Source of the DNA: an uncultured Pseudomonadota bacterium
Lineage (GTDB): Bacteria; Pseudomonadota; Gammaproteobacteria; Natronospirales; REEB76
Length of the DNA: 64,000 bases
Direction: 5' to 3'
Assembly (NCBI GenBank): GCA_963774895.1
Contig: CAVZGN010000004.1
Coordinates: 299,825-363,824, forward strand
Shown piece after piece: positions 21,816 to 30,834 of this stretch; positions within the stretch are counted from its first letter, which is position 1; the number at the start of each line of letters is the position of its first letter. A model generated the notes under the pieces. That model did no database searches. It was given only the letters and a program-made list of their open reading frames with translations, and was not told the origin of the DNA. Both the position numbers and the translations under genes were made by a program.

Positions 21816-22919
21816 TTAAAGCGCCTTGTAAAAGGACTTAAGAGTCGCGGCTTCTGTAGCCCAATTGGCATTGCGCATAACATATGCCCTCGCTTTTTTG
21901 CCCAGAATTTCGCGCTTATTCGCATCTGCGAGCAGCGTGGAAACCGCCGTATAGATTGCGTCTGCATCCGATGGGTCAACTTGAATGCCGGCGGATGATT
22001 GCTGCGCGATATCGCCCCAAAACGGAAAGTCGGATAGCACTGCGGGAATGCCGGCGGCAAAATATTCGAACAACTTGGTTGGCAAAGCGGTCAGGTAATT
22101 AGGTTGCGCCGAAAGCAGACACAGACCCACCGCAGCACCCGCCAGCGCATTCGGTATATCTCTGGCAGGCAGTTCGCCGCGGTAATCGACACCACTATCC
22201 CTAATTCCATGCTCAAGCAACGGAGCTGCCTCACGATCCACGCGGCCAACGAGTGTTATCGGTTCACCGAGCCGTTTTCCCAGTTCAATCATGATGGGCA
22301 GTCCACGGTCCAGGGAAATACGGCCGACATAGATCGCTCCCCTGCGCTGCGCGCCCGGAACCGTTATAGAAAAGCGTTCCACGATGGGATAATTTCTGAC
22401 CAACACAACATTATTCACCGTGCCGGCAAAGCGTTGTTGAATATCCGGCGTAGCCGCTACGATACCAGTCATGAAGCGCGACAAAGTGAGCTCCAGAAAT
22501 CCAGCGAGACGGGAAAATGGTCGCCGCAAAGCAGGAACAATCCACGGCTTAGCAGCAATTTGCCGTGGCAGGTGCTCATGGGCGTCGTACACCACGCGCA
22601 TGCCGCATATCCGGGCCAATAATCCCAACGGCAGCAGTTCCGGATCGTGGAGATGCACGATCCGCGGCCGCAAGCGTCTCAATATCAACAAGAACCGGTA
22701 ATTTCCAAGCCAGGCGCGTCGCCAGCGACCATGAGGCCTGGGCAATCCAAGGGTAAACCAGTGGTGTCCATGGCGCCGCTCATGTTTGTCACAATGCAAC
22801 CAGCACACCCGGTATCCCGCCATGATTATTGCCGGGATTTCCTTTTCCCAGATGCGTGGATCATGCATGGGATGTACGGAACTGGCAACGCAAACCAAAT
22901 TGCCGTGGTTTGCTGACAT
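21816..22919 (-). CDS. GT4 glycosyltransferase (WbpH-like)
   Basis: SSVHPMHDPRI, HLHDPELLP, YDAHE, PTKLFEYFAAGIP. Confidence 0.9.
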   Translation of the reverse strand: MSANHGNLVCVASSVHPMHDPRIWEKEIPAIIMAGYRVCWLHCDKHERRHGHHWFTLGLPRPHGRWRRAWLGNYRFLLILRRLRPRIVHLHDPELLPLGLLARICGMRVVYDAHEHLPRQIAAKPWIVPALRRPFSRLAGFLELTLSRFMTGIVAATPDIQQRFAGTVNNVVLVRNYPIVERFSITVPGAQRRGAIYVGRISLDRGLPIMIELGKRLGEPITLVGRVDREAAPLLEHGIRDSGVDYRGELPARDIPNALAGAAVGLCLLSAQPNYLTALPTKLFEYFAAGIPAVLSDFPFWGDIAQQSSAGIQVDPSDADAIYTAVSTLLADANKREILGKKARAYVMRNANWATEAATLKSFYKAL

Positions 22920-24646
22920 CAGAAGCCCAATGTCACATCAGTCGTTATCTCCGGGGTAACATCAATGGGCACCTCCGGCGCCTGGCTGCCAGGTTGCACA
23001 TTCAAGTCACTCACATTCTGTAGTTCAATTTCGCCGTTGTTCCAAGTAATTGCAATGGATTCCTGCATCACCACGCCACGGGAAATACCGTTTTTGTAGA
23101 CCACAATGGTTTTTGTATTTGTCGCCCAAGTCTCGAAATATTGCAACAGGTTTCTGTCTTTCCATACCTGGATAATGGTCGATTCTACACATACAACTAC
23201 AGAAGCTGGTGCTGATAAAAGCATTAAAAGTTGGAGCTCTGAAAAATTGTCATGAGTGAAGGTACGCCAGATATCTGTAGCAATAGGTTGATCGACTTTG
23301 CTCCATAGCTCTCCAATCAATGGCTGTATTGCTTTTAACAACTCAGGATCGAGTTCAGTGCGCTTGATTGCAGACGGCATATAATCAATCAGGGTCGAGC
23401 TTACCGGCACTCCTTCAAGAAATAAGGGAGGGTATCGGACTGAATAGAATATTCCATTGGACTTGCTGGCTATAAATCGGTACAGACCGGGAATGAACGA
23501 ATCTTGCATGTAAGATACTGGCATTACTCCCGCGCTCATCTTAGGGAGGCTGGCGATGAGCTCTCCAGCTCTTTGCTCCCATGGCCAAGATTTCAGTTCG
23601 CCCGAGAGCTTGGAGACCAGCATGAAATAATAATTGACGGGCTGGTAGAAGCGATTGAGACTCGTGATGCTCACCATAGTGCTTTTGAGGCTGGAATATG
23701 CGAAATTTGTAAGCAATACAAACAATACCACGTGATTAAGATCTATCTTTATGCCAATCAGCGCAGCTAATAAGAAAAGTGCTGCCACTATTGCGACAAA
23801 TGTAATGCCGGTCACGGCACGGCTGGTGGCAAAAATGGAATATATAGATATTCTGGCATCCAGATTTGTCCCAATTTCTCCCTCAGTAAAGGTGCGATTA
23901 ATCAAGGCTTCAGCGCTTGGGCTTTTTGCTGGATTTGGCGTCAATATATAATTCAAAACATTTCTGTACTGTTCCGTTGCTTTCTGAGCAGTATCTTCTT
24001 CGGTTCGGGTATCCCTCGCGGCTTTTATGCTGTTATACGCATGCAGCCACATGGATATGACAATAATTCCGCCAAGCAACAGTGTTAACCAGGGAAATAC
24101 GATCAACAGTATTACAGCGCATGCCAATAGTGTGAATACCGAGCGTACCGCACCCATGGTGATATAGGCTATGCGCTGAAGAAGAGCGCAATTTGTTGTC
24201 AGTACGCGGAGCAGCACTTCGCGCGCATTCTTCCCGGCCAGCACGCTGTCCAAGGATGGTGATCCAATACCTTTTGTAGCCAGTAACCATGAAAGTCTGC
24301 GCATACAAAATCGCTGGTATTCCACAGCCAGAATCGATTGCAATTTCTCGGCACGATACTGCGTCCAGCTCTGCAATAACAAGAGAATGACAATAACAAG
24401 GCCTACTGCTAACAGCCCCCATGGGGATGCTGGATTCCAATCGTGATGGTAGAAACGCATTGGAGAATGTTTCTGAAGACTTTCAGCGAACCGCTCTGCG
24501 ACTCCCACTGCCAGCAATCCCGCACCTATCCCAAAGAAGTAAAGACCGATCGCTGGCAGCGTTAGCTTAGCTTGATGCCATAACAGGTCCTTGACGACAA
24601 GGTTAACGGTCCGTGCATAGGCTGACAATTTCACGAAACCGAACAT
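22919..24646 (-). CDS. ABC-exporter-like membrane protein with degenerate nucleotide-binding domain
   Basis: 575 aa; about 6 TM helices spaced like a MsbA/PglK TMD in the first ~345 aa; soluble C-terminus lacks Walker A and LSGGQ. Confidence 0.55.
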   Translation of the reverse strand: MFGFVKLSAYARTVNLVVKDLLWHQAKLTLPAIGLYFFGIGAGLLAVGVAERFAESLQKHSPMRFYHHDWNPASPWGLLAVGLVIVILLLLQSWTQYRAEKLQSILAVEYQRFCMRRLSWLLATKGIGSPSLDSVLAGKNAREVLLRVLTTNCALLQRIAYITMGAVRSVFTLLACAVILLIVFPWLTLLLGGIIVISMWLHAYNSIKAARDTRTEEDTAQKATEQYRNVLNYILTPNPAKSPSAEALINRTFTEGEIGTNLDARISIYSIFATSRAVTGITFVAIVAALFLLAALIGIKIDLNHVVLFVLLTNFAYSSLKSTMVSITSLNRFYQPVNYYFMLVSKLSGELKSWPWEQRAGELIASLPKMSAGVMPVSYMQDSFIPGLYRFIASKSNGIFYSVRYPPLFLEGVPVSSTLIDYMPSAIKRTELDPELLKAIQPLIGELWSKVDQPIATDIWRTFTHDNFSELQLLMLLSAPASVVVCVESTIIQVWKDRNLLQYFETWATNTKTIVVYKNGISRGVVMQESIAITWNNGEIELQNVSDLNVQPGSQAPEVPIDVTPEITTDVTLGF

Positions 24647-24711
24647 TTAAAGCTCCTGCTTAATCGTCATGCAATCTAGCTGGCAGCGCCATCCCGATTT
24701 CAAGCGATTGA

Positions 24712-26808
24712 TTATTTATGCCTTCTAAACAGTAAAACTCGCAACCGGCTAAATATCTGCGAAAATAACCCGCGCTTCAAGGTTGATGAAATCACGCTTA
24801 CGGGATGTACGGTCTTGCCTGCATCCATGTCCTCATCAGCATTCGCGCCTCCTGTGCTCTCGCTAGGCTTTCCCTTTACCTCCTTTGTTTGCTTTAACAT
24901 TGACTGGACTGTTTTCCCCGTTTTCAGCACATCCCCAGCTATAGTTTCGAGTTGAGTTCCAACCCTGTTTACAACGCCGCCTGGCCGTGAGCGAACCATG
25001 ACAGAGATTTTATTTCTGCCCTCGTCGTACACGTCCCAGTGGCAAGGGTGATGCAATATCTGCAGAGACGTCACTATTGGTTGAGCTACGAATGCAGATA
25101 GCCGCTGCTTGAATTCCTCTTTAGTCATAGGTGGCGCGAGCGTGCCCTTAGGAGCGCCCGCCATAAGCTCGGCAAGCCAGCGGCTGCCGGTGTCCGCAAT
25201 ATCCGAATTTCGATATACAAAATAGACTTCGTACTTGAAACCGAAATCCGCTAGCCGAAGTCTATGCAATTTAACGCGCCAATTGCGGTATTCGATGCTT
25301 CGACCAATCTGATCGGGTGTTATGCGCTTCCGAATACAATCAGAGAATATCTCGTAGTTGGAATATTTCAGCTTACGTCCGAGAGGATTGCCGTGTGCGG
25401 CGGTGCCAATGAGCGGTACTCCGCTATCTGCGAAGAAATCCACTTCCCGGCGCAGTATCTCCTCCGGGTTTTTCTGCAGCATCAGGGAGAGCGAAACGAC
25501 ATCATTATGCAAACCGATTTCATGTCCTAGGCCGATGAATCGCCGGCATTTTTCTATCAAGTCGGGTTGATGTACGATCAGACCGCTCTCAAGTGCGCCA
25601 TAGTAGTTGGATTTTTCGCCATAGCTGCCCGGTGTCAGCAAGAAATAGGTGGATTTGTAGCCTCGCTGCGCCTCCGCTTCAGCGATAAGCAACGCGGTAT
25701 CAATGTCGTGATCCACATCATGACGTATGAAATACCTTGGTGGGACCTTTTCTCTTAACTCCGATATGTGAACCAGCGGGAGATTAACCAGATCAAGAAA
25801 ATCATTGAAATAATCTATTCCGTCATCTCGTTTGATGACTTTCAGTGTTCTGAGTGTATGTGTCAATGTCGATTTCTTGGGTAAATTCCCTGCCCTGATA
25901 TCTCTAACAGAGAGTGGTCTTTCGATGGGTGATATTTTGATTCCTGCCTCATCGAACACATCCCAATGACATGGATTCACTTGAATTTGTAAGCTATGGA
26001 TATCCGCTGAATCAAGCCAAGTAAGCATTTCGCAAAATTTTTCTTTACCGAACGAATCACCTAGATAATCTTTAATCCTTCTTTCACCAATCTTGCCCAC
26101 CCATTGACTACCGAAATCAGAGATGCGCGCATCTTTCTGCAGCGAAGATGCCTCATAATGAAAGCCATAATCGATTAGCTTTAGACTATGAAGTCTGATC
26201 TGCCAGCCCTCATATTCCACAATTCTGCCGCGCTCCCATCCCGGCTTGAAACAATCCTCAAATATCTCTAAATTCATGTATTCCAGCTCGTGCGCCAAAC
26301 TGCTTTCATGTGATGCCGTACCGACCAGCGGAATGCCGTTTTGTACAAAGAATTCCGTTTCACGTTTCAGTATGTCGGCGGGACTTTGTTTGAATCGAAA
26401 TGCGAGAGATAACACTTCATTTAGAAAACCAATTTCATGTCCTAGATCGATAAAGCGTCTGCATTTGTGAACTAGCTCCGGGTCATGTGCGATCATGCCA
26501 TCCCGTAGAGTGCCATAGTAGTTAGTCTCCCCGCCGTAACTACCCGGGGTAAGCAAATAATAAGTCGATTTGTAACCGCGCTGTGACTCGGCTTCTGCCA
26601 TGAGCAGAGCCGCATTGATATCATGGATAACATCGTGACGGATGGCATAGCATTGCTGAGAAGCATTCTTCATCTCCGACATGTAAATTAGCGGTAGTTT
26701 CACCAGATCAAGAAAATCATTGAAATAATCTATTCCGTCATCTCGCTTGATGACTTTCAATGTTCTAAGTTTGGACAGCATGATTATTTCCCTGAATGCA
26801 ATCGTCAA
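24712..26808 (-). CDS. Protein with two tandem polysaccharide deacetylase-like domains (start may be 26781)
   Basis: Internal repeat LRTLKVIKRDDGIDYFNDFLDLV; RHDV(I/D)HD, STY(Y/F)LL and PCHW motifs each occur twice. Confidence 0.8.
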   Translation of the reverse strand: MTIAFREIIMLSKLRTLKVIKRDDGIDYFNDFLDLVKLPLIYMSEMKNASQQCYAIRHDVIHDINAALLMAEAESQRGYKSTYYLLTPGSYGGETNYYGTLRDGMIAHDPELVHKCRRFIDLGHEIGFLNEVLSLAFRFKQSPADILKRETEFFVQNGIPLVGTASHESSLAHELEYMNLEIFEDCFKPGWERGRIVEYEGWQIRLHSLKLIDYGFHYEASSLQKDARISDFGSQWVGKIGERRIKDYLGDSFGKEKFCEMLTWLDSADIHSLQIQVNPCHWDVFDEAGIKISPIERPLSVRDIRAGNLPKKSTLTHTLRTLKVIKRDDGIDYFNDFLDLVNLPLVHISELREKVPPRYFIRHDVDHDIDTALLIAEAEAQRGYKSTYFLLTPGSYGEKSNYYGALESGLIVHQPDLIEKCRRFIGLGHEIGLHNDVVSLSLMLQKNPEEILRREVDFFADSGVPLIGTAAHGNPLGRKLKYSNYEIFSDCIRKRITPDQIGRSIEYRNWRVKLHRLRLADFGFKYEVYFVYRNSDIADTGSRWLAELMAGAPKGTLAPPMTKEEFKQRLSAFVAQPIVTSLQILHHPCHWDVYDEGRNKISVMVRSRPGGVVNRVGTQLETIAGDVLKTGKTVQSMLKQTKEVKGKPSESTGGANADEDMDAGKTVHPVSVISSTLKRGLFSQIFSRLRVLLFRRHK
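25787..25830. repeat. 44-bp exact direct repeat, copy 1
   Basis: ACCAGATCAAGAAAATCATTGAAATAATCTATTCCGTCATCTCG, identical to 26702-26745. Confidence 0.95.
26702..26745. repeat. 44-bp exact direct repeat, copy 2
   Basis: Identical to 25787-25830; spacing 915 bp. Confidence 0.95.
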
Positions 26809-27704
26809 TCTGTCTTCGCAACGGGCGTCGATCGGACTATGGATGATATTTTAATCCCCGCTTCATCATAGACGTCCCAATGACAGGGGTGCATAAGGAT
26901 TTGTAAAGAATAGACTTTCCCGAGAACAAGATTGGCAAGCCTTTCGAGAAATTTATCTTTACTGAACGAACCATTAAGCTCAGCGTTTAGTTTTATACGA
27001 TAAATCCTGCCACCCCATTGACCGCCGGAATCGGATATACGCGCATCTTTCGGCAATGAGTAGGCTTCATAATGAAAACCGAAATCGATTAATTTCAGGC
27101 TATTAAGTTTCACCTGCCAGCCTTTATATTCTATAGTTCTACCGTACACCAGTTTTTTTCTGAAACAATCCTCAAATATCTCCATATTTATATAATTCAA
27201 TTGGTTCGCTAAAGGACTACCATGGGCAGCTGTACCGATTAGTGGTATGCCGTTGTCCGAAAAATAATCGACTTCGCGTTTCAGGATGTCAGCAGGATGT
27301 TTTCTGAAACGTAATGCGAGGGATATTACGTCGTTATGAAACCCGATATCATGGCCGAGTTCAATGAAGCATCTGCATTTTTCAATAAGCTGCGGATTAT
27401 GAGTTATGACACCATCTTTGATGGTGCCATAATAATTCGTTTCCTCACCATAACTTCCGGGTGTGAGCAGAAAATAGGTTGATTTGTATCCGCGATTCGC
27501 CTCCGCTTCGGCAACCAGGAGTGCCGTATCGATATCATGGTCCACATCATGGCGAATGGCATACCGTGGTGGTGGTGTGGTCGCAACTTCAGAAAGACGA
27601 ACGAGTGGCAACTTAATAAGATCGAGATAATCCGAGAAATAATCAATACCGTCATCAGATTTGACAACTCTAAGTTTCCGATCAAGATTTTTCATTTCAT
27701 GCAT
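26805..27704 (-). CDS. Polysaccharide deacetylase-like protein
   Basis: IRHDVDHD, GFHNDV, GTAAHGS, HPCHW; paralog of both domains in 24712-26808. Confidence 0.8.
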   Translation of the reverse strand: MHEMKNLDRKLRVVKSDDGIDYFSDYLDLIKLPLVRLSEVATTPPPRYAIRHDVDHDIDTALLVAEAEANRGYKSTYFLLTPGSYGEETNYYGTIKDGVITHNPQLIEKCRCFIELGHDIGFHNDVISLALRFRKHPADILKREVDYFSDNGIPLIGTAAHGSPLANQLNYINMEIFEDCFRKKLVYGRTIEYKGWQVKLNSLKLIDFGFHYEAYSLPKDARISDSGGQWGGRIYRIKLNAELNGSFSKDKFLERLANLVLGKVYSLQILMHPCHWDVYDEAGIKISSIVRSTPVAKTD

Positions 27705-27799
27705 ATGGAACTTTGCAGTGTGCTTCGTTCCATATGGATATGGTAGTATCTATGTGTGCTGATTGCTGCATATGGATGTCGACCCTATATCTATTTAGA

Positions 27800-28783
27800 T
27801 CATGAGCCAGCTGCAAGCTGATTGCCGCGATCCAACGATAGTTGATCAATTAACAGCCAGGCGGGTCTGAACTGAGCACGTTTCTTCCATAATTTCAATC
27901 CATCTAGGCCATCTTTAAAGCCACCATAAATCAAGGTATTAACGCCGCGCGCAGCCGGATGCTCGCCTTTAAGCATCCATTCGACTATGGCAAGATGCAG
28001 ACGATACATAATGCCATCACGCAGATAATCACCATGCCCGAGTATCATGCTGTAGATTCCGTAATTGCCATTTCGCCGCAGTGCCACGTACCCAAGCAGA
28101 CGCCTATCCACTTGAACTGCACCCTGCATGTGTCCCGGTTCAGGCTTGAAAATCCCCCAGTACATGGAGTAATGCAAAGGGCATTCGGGCCAGCAAAATC
28201 CGATGAATCTGCCTGGAGCCCCGCCCATCTCCTCAACTGATCTCTGATAGCTTTCCCCCATCGGCCTGCCGGTACGCATGGCCTTCGAATGATTTATTTC
28301 GACCAGATCAGGTATGTACAGCCGGTGCTTAAAAGGGCCGCATACATACCCGGCTCGATCGGATTTGCGGGCTTCCCTGAATGCATTACCACTGTGTATG
28401 CGCTTGAACGCAGCAAAATATGAATCGTATGTGTATTCATGCAAAGGTAACTGTGCTGCGACGATCTGTGCCTTATCGGGATTATTGAGCATGATGTAAG
28501 TCCCGACCAGTTTATCCCGCATTGTCCTAAACTGTTCTAGGCAACCGGGCAGGCCCTTGCAGTCTGAGTGACCTGCCATCGGATCCAATTTTACGATTCC
28601 AGGTTCAATCACCTGAACCGAAGAATGTAAATACTTAGTGTTCGACAGTTCGTCCGTTGTAGACTTGGCATCAGCAGCAATAGGCTTGCGAGTCGGTATC
28701 ACGGGTATAAGGAATGATTTTAATGACACGCGCACCGTGCGTGAAACTGCACCAACTATCTTATGAGTCCATGCAATTACCAT
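27800..28783 (-). CDS. Hypothetical protein, possible GNAT/FemAB-like acyl or aminoacyl transferase
   Basis: 327 aa; C-terminal LLGYVALRR...SMILGHGDYLRDGIMYRL...YGG...DGLKLWKKRAQF resembles a GNAT fold end. Confidence 0.5.
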   Translation of the reverse strand: MVIAWTHKIVGAVSRTVRVSLKSFLIPVIPTRKPIAADAKSTTDELSNTKYLHSSVQVIEPGIVKLDPMAGHSDCKGLPGCLEQFRTMRDKLVGTYIMLNNPDKAQIVAAQLPLHEYTYDSYFAAFKRIHSGNAFREARKSDRAGYVCGPFKHRLYIPDLVEINHSKAMRTGRPMGESYQRSVEEMGGAPGRFIGFCWPECPLHYSMYWGIFKPEPGHMQGAVQVDRRLLGYVALRRNGNYGIYSMILGHGDYLRDGIMYRLHLAIVEWMLKGEHPAARGVNTLIYGGFKDGLDGLKLWKKRAQFRPAWLLIDQLSLDRGNQLAAGS

Positions 28784-29398
28784 ACAATTGCTTTATCCAG
28801 CACGTTATTGAAATGGATTGATCTTAAATACAGCAAGCTGCAAGTCAGGTCGATCACATATCAGGCATTCTGTTAATGGTATATCCAATCAAAAAGCTGA
28901 TTTTGTTATGTTAACACTCATGGCGATTTCAAAACAGATTATTTATACCAATTAAAGATATAAACATATCGTGAAGGTGTTTCTCAGTTATTCGGTTTGT
29001 GATCTGGTATTAGGGTATTTATAGCTAGTGGTCATACTTTCGATCCAATAATCCCTAGATCCGGTCTGACCTGCTGACTTCATATAATCCTACCTGTAAT
29101 CCTACCTGACGAATATATTTAGAAACAGCGCACTGTCGGATGGAGCTTGTGTATGATGTGCTCGAAATTGCATAACGGCCCTATGTGGACTTTTAGCCGT
29201 AAGGCCATAGATCTATGGTTTTCTTGAACAGCAAGATGAATCCAGGCAAAGGTGTTACTTGACACAACGAGTCATCTCCGCACTACATATTCATAAAAAT
29301 CATATCGTACGGTCGTCGTCGGTTATCAATAGCCAAGATGGTGACAGAAAATGCTCTTTCACAACAACTTATCATTGCTTTTCGTGTAGTAGTTTTGA

Positions 29399-30823
29399 AT
29401 GCGGATGATTCCAGTCATTCTTGCCGGCGGTTCAGGCATGCGCCTATGGCCGTTGTCGCGTGAAGCTTTTCCAAAGCAATTTCTGCCACTCCTTGGTTCA
29501 GATGTATCCCTGCTGGAACAGACTGTTGCACGAATTTCAGGTCTCTGCGATACGGGAAAACTCGTAGTAGTGTGTAACGAAAAGCACCGTTTCATAGTTG
29601 GTGAACAGCTACATAAAACCGGATTGACCTCACCGCACATATTGCTGGAACCGGAGGGCCGCAATACGGCTCCCGCGATCGCCCTGGCGGCTATGGAGGC
29701 CCAAAGACTGATGCCCGACGCTATCTTGCTAGTACTGCCGGCGGACCACCATATAAGTAACATTCCTGCTTTTCACGTAGCTGTACGTACGGGCATTCCA
29801 CCGGCCCAGGCCGGCGAGCTGGTCGTATTCGGTATCCCGCCGACACGGCCGGAAACAGGATATGGGTATATACGTACTAAAAAGATCGATAAGGCAAAAG
29901 TCAGTCCGGTACTACAATTTGTCGAGAAGCCGGACGTTGCGCATGCTGCACAGTATCTCAATGACGGTGGCTACCTTTGGAACAGTGGCATATTCTTGTT
30001 CCGTGCCGAAGCGTATTTACAGGCTTTACAAACGTATGCAAGCGATATCCTCAGATCCTGCCGGTCCGCATTTGAGTCCGCGCAGCGGGACATGGATTTC
30101 ATCCGCCCCGGACGTGACGCCTTTCTTTCCTGCCGTGCTGATTCCATCGATTACGCAGTAATGGAACACACCGACCACGCTAAAGTCGTCATATTGCAAG
30201 CTGGATGGAGTGACCTGGGAACCTGGGAGGCTTTGCAGCAGGTAAGTGCGAAAGACGAAAACGGCAATGCTTTGATGGGCGATGTGCTGGAGGTGGACTG
30301 CGAAAACAGTTATATCCGCAGTGAGTCCCGGCTGGTGGCGGCATTGGGATTGAAAAATCACCTGGTGGTGGAAACACCCGATGCAGTTCTCGTGGCAGAT
30401 CGCGATTATGCCCAGGCAGTCAAGGAATTGGTGGAGCAACTCAGAACATCGGGCCGCGTAGAGGGCAAGTTGCACCGGCGCATTTTTCGTCCCTGGGGAT
30501 GGTTCGAGACCATCGCAGAAGGTGCACGTTTCTGTGTAAAGCGGCTGCATGTCAAACCAGGCGCTAGTCTATCGCTACAAATGCACTGGTATCGCGCCGA
30601 ACACTGGGTGGTGGTATCCGGTGAGGCCGACATAGTCCGCGATAATGAACAACTGCGTCTGAGTGTGGGCCAATCTACTTACATTCCGCTTGGAGTGAAG
30701 CACCGTCTCGGTAATTCAGGCGATCAACCATTGGAAATCGTGGAAATTCAGACGGGCAGCCAGATCAGCGAAGAGGATATTGTCCGTTTCGAGGATCATT
30801 ATGGCCGTATCGAGAATCCTTAG
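29399..30823 (+). CDS. manC: Mannose-1-phosphate guanylyltransferase / mannose-6-phosphate isomerase
   Basis: ILAGGSGMRLWPLSR, EPEGRNTAPA, FVEKP, WNSG, C-terminal cupin RPWG...SLQMH. Confidence 0.96.
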   Translation: MRMIPVILAGGSGMRLWPLSREAFPKQFLPLLGSDVSLLEQTVARISGLCDTGKLVVVCNEKHRFIVGEQLHKTGLTSPHILLEPEGRNTAPAIALAAMEAQRLMPDAILLVLPADHHISNIPAFHVAVRTGIPPAQAGELVVFGIPPTRPETGYGYIRTKKIDKAKVSPVLQFVEKPDVAHAAQYLNDGGYLWNSGIFLFRAEAYLQALQTYASDILRSCRSAFESAQRDMDFIRPGRDAFLSCRADSIDYAVMEHTDHAKVVILQAGWSDLGTWEALQQVSAKDENGNALMGDVLEVDCENSYIRSESRLVAALGLKNHLVVETPDAVLVADRDYAQAVKELVEQLRTSGRVEGKLHRRIFRPWGWFETIAEGARFCVKRLHVKPGASLSLQMHWYRAEHWVVVSGEADIVRDNEQLRLSVGQSTYIPLGVKHRLGNSGDQPLEIVEIQTGSQISEEDIVRFEDHYGRIENP

Positions 30824-30834
30824 ACACTATCGCA

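Noticed and set aside
28784..29398. JUMPstart/ops element for the polysaccharide operons
   Set aside because: No GGCGGTAG match seen here or upstream of rfbA
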